Positions 1 to 10,960 of a stretch of DNA of 64,000 nucleotides are shown here, in pieces. The first letter of the stretch is position 1. Each line of letters starts with the position of its first letter. The position numbers were made by a program, and so were the translations under genes. The notes beneath the pieces are model-generated. The model saw only the letters and a program-made list of their open reading frames with translations. It was not told where the DNA came from and made no database searches. Origin of the DNA: Felis catus. Taxonomy: Eukaryota. Where the stretch lies: the NCBI RefSeq assembly GCF_018350175.1, contig NC_058369.1, positions 12,216,001-12,280,000 on the forward strand, written 5' to 3'.

Positions 1-487
1 CTTTAAAAACCACTGGAAAAACGACTGGAAAGGGCCTGACGACCAGCCAAGGACGGCACGGATGGCTTTTTTTCATGGGGGGAGGGAGTGAAATAATTAT
101 GTTCAGGTCTTGTTCTTACTCTCAGATGCTCAGAATTTGTTCTTAAAGCAAGGGGATGGATTAACACGGGTCTAAAAACATCTCTGCGGGTTGGGGGGTG
201 GGAGGACCTCCCCTGCCAGCAGCAAGCCCAAAGATTCTCCCGAAGGAATGTGCTGGAACCGGCTCTCTGGCGGTCACCTTCCCTCCGCACCGCCACGCAG
301 AGGAGGACACCTCGACTTAGGGTGGAGTCAAGAAAGGGCTCCGTGTGCATCGCCTTGCCACCCCACTCAGAAGGGGAAAAGCTGGCAATGTAAAAAACAC
401 ACACAAAAAAACAAAACCAAGAAGCCAAAAAAAAAAAAAAAAAAAAAAAAAGCCTTCTCGCCACTTTACTTTCATTTCCTTCAGCAT

Positions 488-493
488 TTTATT
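488..493 (-). terminator. Candidate poly(A) signal in intron 21
   Basis: AATAAA on the minus strand followed by a long U-run and GU-rich tract (plus-strand 390-451). Confidence 0.5.
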
Positions 494-559
494 TATACAC
501 ACGATGTTTTTCTTGAAAAACAGAAAGAGAACCGAAGGGGAAAACAGAGTCCTACCAGG

Positions 560-577
560 TTAGGGCTCGGTGTACAG
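560..577 (-). CDS. EPS15L1: Candidate alternative terminal exon coding LYTEP-stop
   Basis: cttgtccag|CTG TAC ACC GAG CCC TAA, in phase with exon 21; AATAAA about 67 nt after the stop. Confidence 0.5.
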   Translation of the reverse strand: MYTEP

Positions 578-2182
578 CTGGACAAGTGGCAGGACACTGG
601 GAGGTGACGGGAGCGTGGAAACAAAACAAAGGAGCACTGGAGACAAATTTTCCACGGCCCCGTCCAGCTCCGTCCAGCCAGTGCCTCCAACAGGAAGGGG
701 CCACCAGCTCTGGAGTCACAAGTGCACGTGTGTGTGCGGCCTGATCAAGGGACACGAGGACAAGGAGAGGGAAGCCCAGAGCCCATCCAGACTGGCCGCC
801 CTGCGCAGCCCCCGCCAGCCCATGCAGCCTCGATGAGGACACCTCTCAAAAGGGCACCTCTTGTGCCCTTGTCCTTGTCTCAGCTCTGGCCACTGGCGGC
901 TCACTCCCTCTGTCTTTGGGACCAGCCTCCCAAAGGGAGAGGGCTCGCTCCGACAGCTGGAGAATGCAATGCAGGCCCCTTCGTTTGGGGACTGCTGCCA
1001 CCGTGTGGCACAAGTTTTCTGCTTTCAAGAGGTGATTTTCCTGCCTACTAAGCAGGGACGAGAAAGCGAAGGATGCACAGCTCCACTCCAGGAGCAGGGA
1101 GGGCCGTGTGTAACAGCCGCCAAGTGATAGGCAAACGTCCGAGCAAATCTCCTGTCCTGGGGCCTTCTGGCCAATCCCAGACAGCATCCTGACCGTCCGA
1201 GTCCCAGCGTTCCCACACGAGGGACAGAGGCTTGCTCCCCGCAGGCACTGCAACGAGAGGCAGCTACACCAGCACCTCCAAGCTCCCTCCTGTGACAGCC
1301 GATGGCTAAGCAGACACCCTCTCTCTGGCCAGAAACTGGGTTTGCTACCTTGACGATGTACGCTCAATGTGCTTCTCTGAAAACCCGAACGGAGTCTCAA
1401 AGGTTTCTCAGAAGCCGTGTGCCACAATCACACACTGGCTCACCACAAGCGCTCAGTGCCCAGACGAGTGTGTGTCCCTCAGGCTGAGTGCACGTGGAGC
1501 CAGCAGGCCCCCTGGGCTGGCTCGGCGGGGACGGGCGGGGGAGGGGTGGGGGGCTGCCCAGCAGGGGTGGGCAGCGTGCAGGAAGCAAGTGACTCCTTGC
1601 TGCGGATGCTCGGCTCCCACGTGCTCCGAGATGCCCTCCCCAGCTCCCTCTCCACCATCTGGCTTGTGAGCCTTCCCCACTAGGAGGTAAGACCAGGGAC
1701 GGGGACGGGCTCCCGCTTGTGGCCACCACTCGCCCCCACACACACCACGGCGATGGCACCTGGGCTGGAGCCGGTGGATACTGAAGACTGCAGGAATGAG
1801 TGAAGAAGCATGGCTCTGGGGCCGCGGGCTGTGAGGCCCTCACCTGCCTGCAGAGACTATCAGCAAGCAGCAGAGCACAAGTGGGTCCTCGGGACGGGGC
1901 CCTGAGGCCCACATGGGGCACACCTAATGCCGCTTTCCCAAATTCTTATCAGAGAAGTACGTACTCATACTTAAAACCAAGGGACACTAAAGGTTATAAC
2001 GAAGATCTGCAGATCCTCGGACCATTGCCTTTCCCACTCACCATGGCCGACGTTTTTGACTTCTTGGCGGTTTCTTCTGAGATTTACCTCTATAATCGTG
2101 GGCATCTACTGTTATTTCTTGATCTGTCCATTTTGGACACGATCTACTGACTTTTTGCTACATTAAAGATTTAGCATTCTCA

Positions 2183-2315
2183 GGGCAACGCTCAGTTGGT
2201 GAGTGGCTCAGTGGGTTAAGCACCCGACTCTTGATTTCGGCTCAGGTCACGATCTCATGGTTCATGAGACGGACCCCCACGCTGGGCTCTGCACTAAGCA
2301 TAGAGCCTGCTTGGG

Positions 2316-2365
<50 letters not shown>

Positions 2366-2439
2366 TCTCCCTCTCTCCCTCTCTCCCTGTCCCTCCTCCG
2401 CTCATGTTTGTGCATTCTCTCTCAAAATAAATAAATAAA
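2183..2439 (+). mobile_element. CAN-SINE (SINEC)
   Basis: tRNA-derived head, (CT)n tract, AATAAA-type tail. Confidence 0.9.
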
Positions 2440-3124
2440 TGATAGAGCTTCCTAGCCACAACTCCCAGCCCCTCGCACAACAGGACCCCGACACCACCAG
2501 GGGCTATATTCGCCTGACCGTGGCACGTAACTACTGCCCAGCCCGACAAGTGCAGGAGTGTCATCTGTCTTGAACCTGTGTATTTGTTCACAAAACCCAG
2601 CCCTCACTTTCCAAACCCTTCTCGGGTTCTCACAGGCAGCTCCCACTTACATAACCGGCCCACGTTCTCTGGATCCCTCCCACCTGCCAGCCTGCAGCCC
2701 ACAGTTCCAGTCTCAGCTGCACGCACACCAGGCCTGGCACCCGTGACCCTCCTGAGTCCCCTGTGCCTAATGCCTTCTCTTCTCTGGGTCTGTGCAGCCA
2801 CAACTTTATTGCCTGAGATCTGGCAGCTAACAGACACCAGTAGGACTGGGGGGAGCCCGCGACACGTAGGCCTCGTGGAGGGATTCAGGGCTCTGGCAGT
2901 TTCACTCAGAGGAAGGGAAATGGAGCCAATCACAACCACAGGCATTTTCTAGACCCTGCCTGCCGGCTCACGGCCTCACATGAGGATGCGTTTCAGAGTC
3001 TGACAGGTGCCGAGGAAATACATACGTGGTATTAATAATTATGCCTGGCTGCTCACGACAAGACCACGACAAGAGGCACAAAGACACTGGCAGAGGCACA
3101 CGTGCTCCGTGGGTGGGGCTTTAC

Positions 3125-3207
3125 CTTGGACATCTGGCTGAAGTCGGCAAAGCCCTCAGCACTATTGAAGGACCCACTTCCAAAGGGGTCTAAGGTTCCA
3201 AAGGGAC
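3125..3207 (-). CDS. EPS15L1: Exon 21, (G)[27 protein letters not shown]
   Basis: 83 nt; ttgcag|GT, AAG|gtaaag; translated by hand. Confidence 0.95.
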
Positions 3208-4126
3208 CTGCAAAGTGGCACCAACAGACGCAGAGTTACAGGGCGCTCAGGGAACACACCTCCTGGGGTCAGGGTCAGGTGCTGCCTCTCCATATTCCAC
3301 GGCCCCCAGCGCGGGACACCTGAGGAGGTGGCCAGGGCCGTGCACCCGGACGCAGGCCCTCCACAAGGCCTCCCTGGCCCCACCTGCGCTGGCTCATGGT
3401 TGGTCTAGCTCGGCCGGAAGTCTCTTGCTGTGACGGCCGCCTAGGGGACAGCCACAGGGACTCTGCCCCATCTGTACTTCTAGCCAGCACTGCTCACGGT
3501 CAGCAGAGGAGTGACAGGTGTGGAACCACAGCCCGGTCAGGGAGGGGGGTGCAGTTCTGCAGTGACCCACCACCAACGCCGTGTATGTGGGGAGCCTGTC
3601 CGTGCAGTTTGCCAAGCTTTCTCCTTTGGAGGGGCAATTTGCCTGGATAACCCCCACACCCGCCTATGGTAATGAACTCTTTCACCATCAAGCACGAGCT
3701 GCTAGGCAAGGCAGTAGGACCAAGCAGGGACTGTTCCCCAGAACCAGGGGGAGTCCACAAATGCTCCCCTCCCTCAATGCAGAAGCCAGTACCCTCGGTC
3801 AAACTTTGGATTCTTTTAGGAAAAAGATCCGAAGGTACAAACCAGAGATCCGTAAGGAGCAATGAGCAAAGAGCAACCAGTCACAGTGGTGTTATTACCG
3901 ACTTCACCCCTACTGCCGACCTCCCTTTCCACAAAGATGAGCAGTGGCGGGGGCGGGGGGAGGTATAGCTGGCTTTGGCTCAAGTGCTTCCGGCGAGGAT
4001 CTGGGCGCCCCTGGCTAATGACGTAAACTCTGAGGACACACAGCTTTGGAAATAAAACCATCACCGGGTGGGCTCCCTCCACTGGCAGCGGGGAGGGTCA
4101 GAAGGAAAATAAGCCATCGGTCTCAC

Positions 4127-4187
4127 CTGATCCTTTTGAGGAGACACTGGAGGATGAAAAAGGTTCACTGGATTCAAAGGGGTCGAG
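4127..4187 (-). CDS. EPS15L1: Exon 20, LDPFESSEPFSSSSVSSKGS(G)
   Basis: 61 nt; actcag|CTC, G|gtgaga; translated by hand. Confidence 0.95.
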
Positions 4188-4299
4188 CTGAGTGAAAGGA
4201 GAGAGGAAGAGTGAAAAGCAGGTCACTCATTCACCCGGCCATTCGTTCAACCACACGCTGTCCTGACATCTGGCGCTGGCCACGAGGAGGATCAACTGA

Positions 4300-6136
4300 T
4301 TTGTACCAAACCCTGGTGGAGTAAAATCCCCACAGACCAAACCCTCCTGCAGATAACGCCTCTAAACTCTGGACAAGATACAAAACACGGGTAAATACAA
4401 GCAACCGCCCGAAAGCTCAGGAAGTGAACCAAAGCAGGAAGACTCTGGACGAGAATTCAAGGTGGGCAGGAACGAACAGAACCAGGTTGAATCTTCTGTC
4501 TGGACAGCTGTGATCTGAGGGCTTTGCGAAGCTAAGACCCCAACAGAAAACTCGCCATCCGGACTCTCTGGAGGAACAGAGCAGTATCCAGTCACCACGA
4601 AAGAGCACTCATGATACACAGGATACGTTTCTAAAGAACCAGAAAAATGTGGCCAGTTCTCAAGGGAAAAGACAATCAATAGAACCAATCCCAAGACGCC
4701 CCAGACGCTGGAATTCTTAGATGAGGACGACTTTAAAGCAGTAACAACTGTGCTCAGTGAAGTAAAGGAAAATACTCTTCAGAGGAATGGGTAGATCTTA
4801 GCAGAAAAACAGCAACCACACAAAGAAACAAATGGAAACTCTAAAACTGAAAAATGTACACTATCTAGAATAAAACTTCACTAGGTCAGCTACACAACAG
4901 ATAGAGAAAAAAGTAAGTGAGACAGAAGACAGATCTGAAGAAATTATCCAATCTACAAGAAAAAAAGAGAGAGAAAGAAGAATGAGAAAACAGAGCCTCA
5001 GGGACTTGTGGTGACGTCAGCAAAAGCTCTAACATATAAGTAACTGTAATCTCACAAAGATAGAAGAGAACAGGGGAGACAAAGAAAATGTTTAAGTAAC
5101 AGCCAAAACCTTGCAAAGTCCAGTAAAAGATATTTAGAGATTTATGAACCTCAGCAAACCCGAAACAACATAAATACAAAGAAAACCACATACATATGCT
5201 TCACAAACTACTGAAAGGCAGAGAGAGACAGAGAGACAGAGAGACAGAGAGGGAGAAAGCAGCCAGAGAAGAACAGGATGGTACATTTGGGAGAACAAGT
5301 GCCTGAGACTGACGGCTTCTCCTCAAGGACAAGGAAGGCCAGAAAGCAGTGGAACAATATCCTCAAAGTGCTGAAAGGGGCAAAAACTATTAGCTCAGGC
5401 AGCGATACCCTTCAAGAATGACAACAAAGCAGACCTGTATTAGAAGAGGTGCCAGACCAAGTTCTTCAGGCTTAAGGATAAGGATAATGGGAGGAAACGT
5501 CAGATCCGGAGGAAGGAATAAAGAGCAAATGGCAAATATATGGGCAAAAATAAACAGACCACTGTTTTCCTCTTTAAAATTTCTTTTACATACATACAGT
5601 GGATTAAGGCAAAACTTAAACGACTGTCTTCCAGGCTTTATGACATATTTAGACATATTATATTCGTAGGACACCTGTAACATAAGAGGAGACACTGCTG
5701 GCTAGGGAGGAGGTGGATAAACGGATCTATCCTTTAGACAGGATCGTTATCCCCCCAAGAAAATTTGGCTGCAAGTTTTCTACGTTTTACATAAAGTGAT
5801 GTAACGTTCACTCCAAGGAGCCTATGAAAAGTTAAGGGTGTATATGGTAATCCCTAAAGCAACCTCTAAAAAATAATAGAAATAGATATAGATAAAATAG
5901 GCCAAAAGATACTAGAAAATGGAATTCTAGAAAATATTCAAATAGTCTAAAAGAAGGCAGAGGGGTGTCCAGGTGGTTCAGTCAGTTGAGTGTCTGACTC
6001 TTGATTTCACCTCAGGTCATGGTCCCAGGGTCGTGGGATCGAGCCCCACATCAGGCTGTGAGCTGAGCATGGAGCCTGCTTAAGAGTCTCTCTCTCCCTC
6101 TGCCCCTCTCCCCTAGTGCGTTCTCTCTCTCTCAAA

Positions 6137-6179
<43 letters not shown>

Positions 6180-7420
6180 ATAGAAGAAGGCAGAAAGGGA
6201 ATAGAGTGACAAAACAAAGGGGATAAAGAACAAGCAAATAATAAAATAGACTCAAATCTAACCACAACAATAACTGAATTAAATGTTAATGGTCTAAATA
6301 CTCCATTTCGAAGGCAGAGATTTCCAGACTGGATTGACCAGCAGCCCCAACTACATGCTCGCTCTAAAAGACCCTTCATATATAGAAACCCATTTACTGA
6401 AAGTAAATGGATGAAAAAAGGTATAGCGTACAAAGAGTAAGCATAAGGAGGATGAGGCAACTATTTTAATAGATAGAACAGATCTCAAGACAAAGGTGTT
6501 ACCAGAGGAAGAAAGAAAGCTTTTATAATGATAAAAGGGTCACTGCATCACGGTGATACAACCAGCAGAAATGTGTAGGCACCAGACAGAGCTTCAAAAT
6601 ACATGAAGCAAAACTTGACCGAATTAACGGGGCTATAGACAATTCCACAATCACAGATTTTTAACATTCCTCTCTTGGCAATTGGGAAAGCTATAAAACA
6701 AACAAACAAACAAACAAACAAACAAACAGAAAACAGTAAAGACACAAATGATCTGAACAGTACTATCAACCACACTGATGTAATTCGCATTTATAGAACC
6801 TGACAACCATAGATAAACATTCTTCTCAATTATACAGTATGGACACCAATGCAAACCATAAAATGAATATAAATAAATTTAAAAGGACCGCAAAAAATAC
6901 AAAACATGTTCCCTAGGAGCATATTTAATTAGAAATCAATACTATAAGACACGTAAAAGAAAAAAAAACCCAAGTATCTGGAAACAAAACAGTATTTTAA
7001 ATAACGCATGGTTCAACAGAGATATCGCAAGGGAAACTAGAACATACCACAAACAAAAGGCAGTAAAGACAGAACGTATCAAAATGCGTGGAAGGTGGCT
7101 AAGCAGTGCTCAGGGCAAAATGTGTAGTTTGAAAACATTTATATTAGAAAAAACGGTCTAAGATCAGTGACCTGAGGTTGAATCTTCAGATGTTAGAAAT
7201 GGAAGAGCAAAGCACTAACCCAAAAGAGGAGGAAGGAAATAATAAAAAGCAGAAATCAGTGAAATAGAAACAAACAGGAGGGGAAATTAACATAACCAAA
7301 AGTTGGTTGATGGACAAGCTCAACAAAATTGATCCACAGAGAGTGAGAACACACATCACACACAGCTCAATACCAAGAATGAAAGGGGGTCCCCGCGACA
7401 GGTCTCACAGACGGAAACGT
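4300..7420 (+). mobile_element. Old degenerate L1 fragment (ORF1 / ORF2 endonuclease region) carrying a SINE and a (CAAA)n repeat
   Basis: A-rich plus strand; L1-like motifs such as aatgttaatggtctaaatactcca and aaaatacatgaagcaaaacttgac; boundaries approximate. Confidence 0.75.
5962..6181 (+). mobile_element. CAN-SINE with (TAAA)n tail, inserted in L1
   Basis: TSD aagaaggcaga on both sides. Confidence 0.9.
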
Positions 7421-8172
7421 TACAAACCAATCCTGGCCTTCAAGAAACTCTGGGTCTAGAGGGACAGACAGGGCACGTGTAGGGCTTTGGAAGAGATATA
7501 GCCCAGAACATGAAAGGAGGCTATAAGCCGCCCTCCCCTAGACATGAGAATTCTCTGTTCAATCAGTCACTGTTTTGCTTTTCAAATCCTAGCTGACAGC
7601 CATTTAATGCAGTGTGTTGGGCCTAACACTGCAGAACACACGGTCCGCTAGATGCTGGGGGTGGAGAGGGGCACGTGAGTGCCTCACACACTAAGTGCTG
7701 CCAGGAAGATGGCAGGGTGGTCATGTGGAACGTGTGATGCTTTGTTTTGTTTCATTTTTGTTGGGAGATGGGGTCGCAGTGGGGGCAGGCGACAGAACAG
7801 AGAAGCCAGCCAGTGGGCCTGAGCTGAAGTGACAGGGGCACAGGAAGGAACAGAGAAAAGAGAGCTATTCGGGGCCCAACCCATCCTGACGCGGGCTCAG
7901 TGCACCTCTGAACGTGACCCCTGCTTCATGGGACAAGCCTCACAGGGACTAGTCACCTCACCTTCCAGGAGTAGGACATGCCCGCGGCCCAGCTCCCGGA
8001 GAACCGTGTGGCGCTCACGGCCTACGCGCACACGTGTCAGGCTTCGCAAGCTCAGTCCGCATGTTGGAGCCCCGGACTCGGCCCGGGGGTGGGCGGGGGA
8101 TAAGGAAGGGCCACTTTCGTGTGCGCCAAGGGCACACACGGGCAGCACCTAGGCCTCCCAGGTGACACTCAC

Positions 8173-8309
8173 CTTTGAGGGTAAGGAAGGGTTTTTCGTG
8201 AACGGGTCTGAGGTAAATGGGTCATTCTTTGTCTGTTTCTTAAAGAAGTCGTCAGGTGCAGAGCCACGGAACGGGTCGCTTTCTTTGAAAGGATCCCCTC
8301 CAAATGGAT
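8173..8309 (-). CDS. EPS15L1: Exon 19, (D)[45 protein letters not shown]
   Basis: 137 nt; ttctag|AT, AAG|gtgagt. Confidence 0.96.
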
Positions 8310-8344
8310 CTAGAAGGTGTTTTGGAAAGTGAAGAAAAACATGC

Positions 8345-8885
8345 TCCATGAATAAACAACATTGCGCTTAGTGAAAGAACCCAAACATGAAAGAGTGCGT
8401 ACCTGACTGATGCCCTTTATATGAAATTCTAGAAAAGGTAAAAACCATAATGACAGAAAGCAGATCAGTGATTGCTAGGGACCCGGGGATGGGGGGTAGG
8501 AGGCAGAACAGAACCTTCTGGGATGATGGAAATGTTCTCACCTAACTCAAAACTCATTTATCAAAACTCATCTAATTATACACTTAAAATTGGTGAATTT
8601 TGCTGTGTATAAATTACACCTCTCGACAAAGCTGACTTTAATAATGAAAACACAGGTAAATCCAGAGATAGACAGCAGATTGGTGGTTGCCTGGGGCTGG
8701 GGGAGGAGGGCGTGACTGCTCATGGGGATAAGGTTTCCTTTTAGGGGATGGAAACATTCTAGAACTACACACAGGTGGTGGTTGTACATTAAGAATGTAC
8801 CGAATGCCACTGAATTGTCACTTTAAAAATGTTGAGTTTTGTGTTCTACAAATTTCACCTCACCAAAAAAAAAAAAAAAAAAAAG
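8345..8885 (+). mobile_element. Old L1M 3'-end fragments
   Basis: acagaaagcagatcagtgattgctagg and ggggatggaaacattctagaacta motifs, A tail. Confidence 0.7.
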
Positions 8886-8961
8886 AAGGAAAGAAGTAGA
8901 TAAATAAGGGTGAGGACCAGTCCATGAAAAACCAAAAAGCCTCTTCCACAAAGGCTTTTAC

Positions 8962-9012
8962 CTGCTGAAGCGGTCTGTTGTTCTGCGAAGGGGTCATTCT
9001 GGAACGGGTCAC
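8962..9012 (-). CDS. EPS15L1: Exon 18, (G)DPFQNDPFAEQQTASA(D)
   Basis: 51 nt; atctag|GT, G|gtaaaa; phase 1-1. Confidence 0.95.
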
Positions 9013-9972
9013 CTAGATTGGAGGAGAGAGGAATGTTTAGCTCTACTGTAGAAATGACCCTGGCATATCCAAGGAGGAGCAGCGACTGGCCGAGGCGGCT
9101 GTTCCCAGCTGGGGGGTTCAGGACGAAATGAGGCACCACTGGCTGCTCGACACGGGGCCGCAGCGGGGGGAAATGCGGAACGAGCCAGAATTCACTGCTC
9201 GCTCTCTCTCTGCCATGGTACGCTCTTGTACCTCATTCTCCCTCTCACCTCCCCCAGCCAGGACAACACAGGGCCCGACCCACGGCCAGCCCCAGTGTGA
9301 GGACGAGCTCCACACATCTGAGCTTCCAGAGCCGCCCGGTGTCGCTTTGGTCCTGTGGTGCTTCGATTCCACACGTGATGCCGGAAAGGCACTCCCCTCT
9401 GCCCTCTCCACGCCTCGCCCTCTCTGTACATTTGCTCAGGGACATACAGGTAGCCTTCCTGGAAATGCTACCTTGCTCTGAAGGACCAAAGCGAGAACAT
9501 GTATCTCTAGAAGCCTTCTTAGTTATTCTGGACTCATGTGGGGCTCTGGGCAAATGTGTCACATCGAGACCTTAGATTTATGTGGGGACTTGTCGCTCAC
9601 TGGGGAGTCTCACGATCACGACTACCTCTGGTTATCTTATCCATCCCACCAGGGCAGCGAGGGAGAACTTACCACCCCGACAGGAGGATGGGAAGCAAAG
9701 CGAGCAGAGGTCGAGGGCGGAGCCAGCTGCCCGTGAACATGGGCACCTCGCTGCAAGCTGGGAGCTCAGCTCTTCCCACCCAACTCTAACACCTCAGCTC
9801 CGCAGTGGACCAGGCCGAGGTGCAACACTCTGGTGACCCACGGGGCTCAAAGAACTCCCTTCCCCCTCCATTCCAGAAGGTGCTACTGGCCAACCACTCT
9901 GGTCACTGGACAACTCTAACAGGCACAAAGTAAACAGCCCTTCAATGACTAAGTGGGCACCGAGAGAGATAC

Positions 9973-10096
9973 CTTTGAAGGGATCAGCTCCTTTAAATGG
10001 GTCGGATTTGAAGGGGTCTTCGGTCTGGAAAGGATCCGGATGCAATTCTTGGGCATTGTTGCTAAATAACAAGGCTTTATTTTTGAAAGGATCGTC
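9973..10096 (-). CDS. EPS15L1: Exon 17, [41 protein letters not shown](G) (DPF repeats)
   Basis: 124 nt; ttatag|GAC, G|gtatct. Confidence 0.96.
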
Positions 10097-10235
10097 CTAT
10101 AATTTTGTGAAGAGACAGGACAGGAACTTTATTATTTCAAATTTAAAGAAAAGTACAGAATTCCATACCCAACTTGCAAGTTTCTCCTTTAAGCAGTGGG
10201 ACCCTACGGAGAAGGACTAAAAAAATCATTGAAAT

Positions 10236-10415
10236 GGGGCACCTGGGTGGCTCAGTCGGTTCAGCGTCCGACTTCTGGCTCAGATCATGATCTCACCGTT
10301 TGTGAGTTCGAGCCCCACATTGGGCTCTCTACTCAGCACAGAGACCTCTTCGGATCCTCTGTCCCCTTCTCTCTCTGCCCCTCCCCATTCTCACTCTCAA
10401 AAATGAATAAACATT
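10236..10415 (+). mobile_element. CAN-SINE
   Basis: ggggcacctgggtggctcagtcgg head. Confidence 0.9.
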
Positions 10416-10429
10416 TTGAGAAAATCGTT

Positions 10430-10960
10430 GAAGAGATATGGACATCATTTCATAACGTGTCAGCACTAGTTCATTCAGTGACAAATGTACAGGATAAGGT
10501 GTTAATGACAGGGGGAGCGGAGTGTGGGGCATGTGGGAACTTTCTGTACCACCTGTTATGTTTTTCTGTAAATCCACCACTCTTGCGGACTAAAAGTTTA
10601 TTTAAACATTGAGTGGAAGGCAGTCATGTAAACCACCACCAATGGATGGACAGATACACTGAATGCAGTAGGTAAATACACAGGAGTATTGTTTAGCCTT
10701 GAGGACGTGATGCTCAGTGAAACAAGCCAGTCACGAAAAGACAAGGACTGTGTGATCTCACTTTAGAAGAGGTCCCCAGAGGAGTCAGGTTTGCGGAGAC
10801 AGAAAGAACAGTGGGTTCCAGGGACTGGGGAGTCAGTGGTTAATGAGCAGAAGAACGTTCTGGGGCCTAGTTGCACATGAATATACGCAGGCATGGTTAA
10901 GATGAACGATTTTATGTTCTGTGTGTTTTATCACAATTAGAAATCAAAAATAAGATATTA
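10430..10960 (+). mobile_element. Old L1M 3'-end fragments
   Basis: atgctcagtgaaacaagccagtcac and agacagaaagaacagtgg motifs. Confidence 0.65.

Noticed and set aside
426..451. Poly-A run as a retrocopy tail
   Set aside because: No recognisable retrocopy body or TSD; better explained as a U-rich tract on the gene strand
1760..1787. Possible microexon YPPAPAQ (1760-1780) in intron 21
   Set aside because: Acceptor is plausible but the donor CAG|gtgcca is poor, and there is no other support
2030..2045. Consensus donor ATG|gtgagt on the minus strand
   Set aside because: No convincing upstream acceptor; surrounding sequence may be an old repeat
8173..10096. Repeated GA(C/T)CCnTT(C/T) units as a CRISPR-like or DNA repeat array
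   Set aside because: They are DPF codons in exons; the DNA is eukaryotic, with no spacer structure or cas genes
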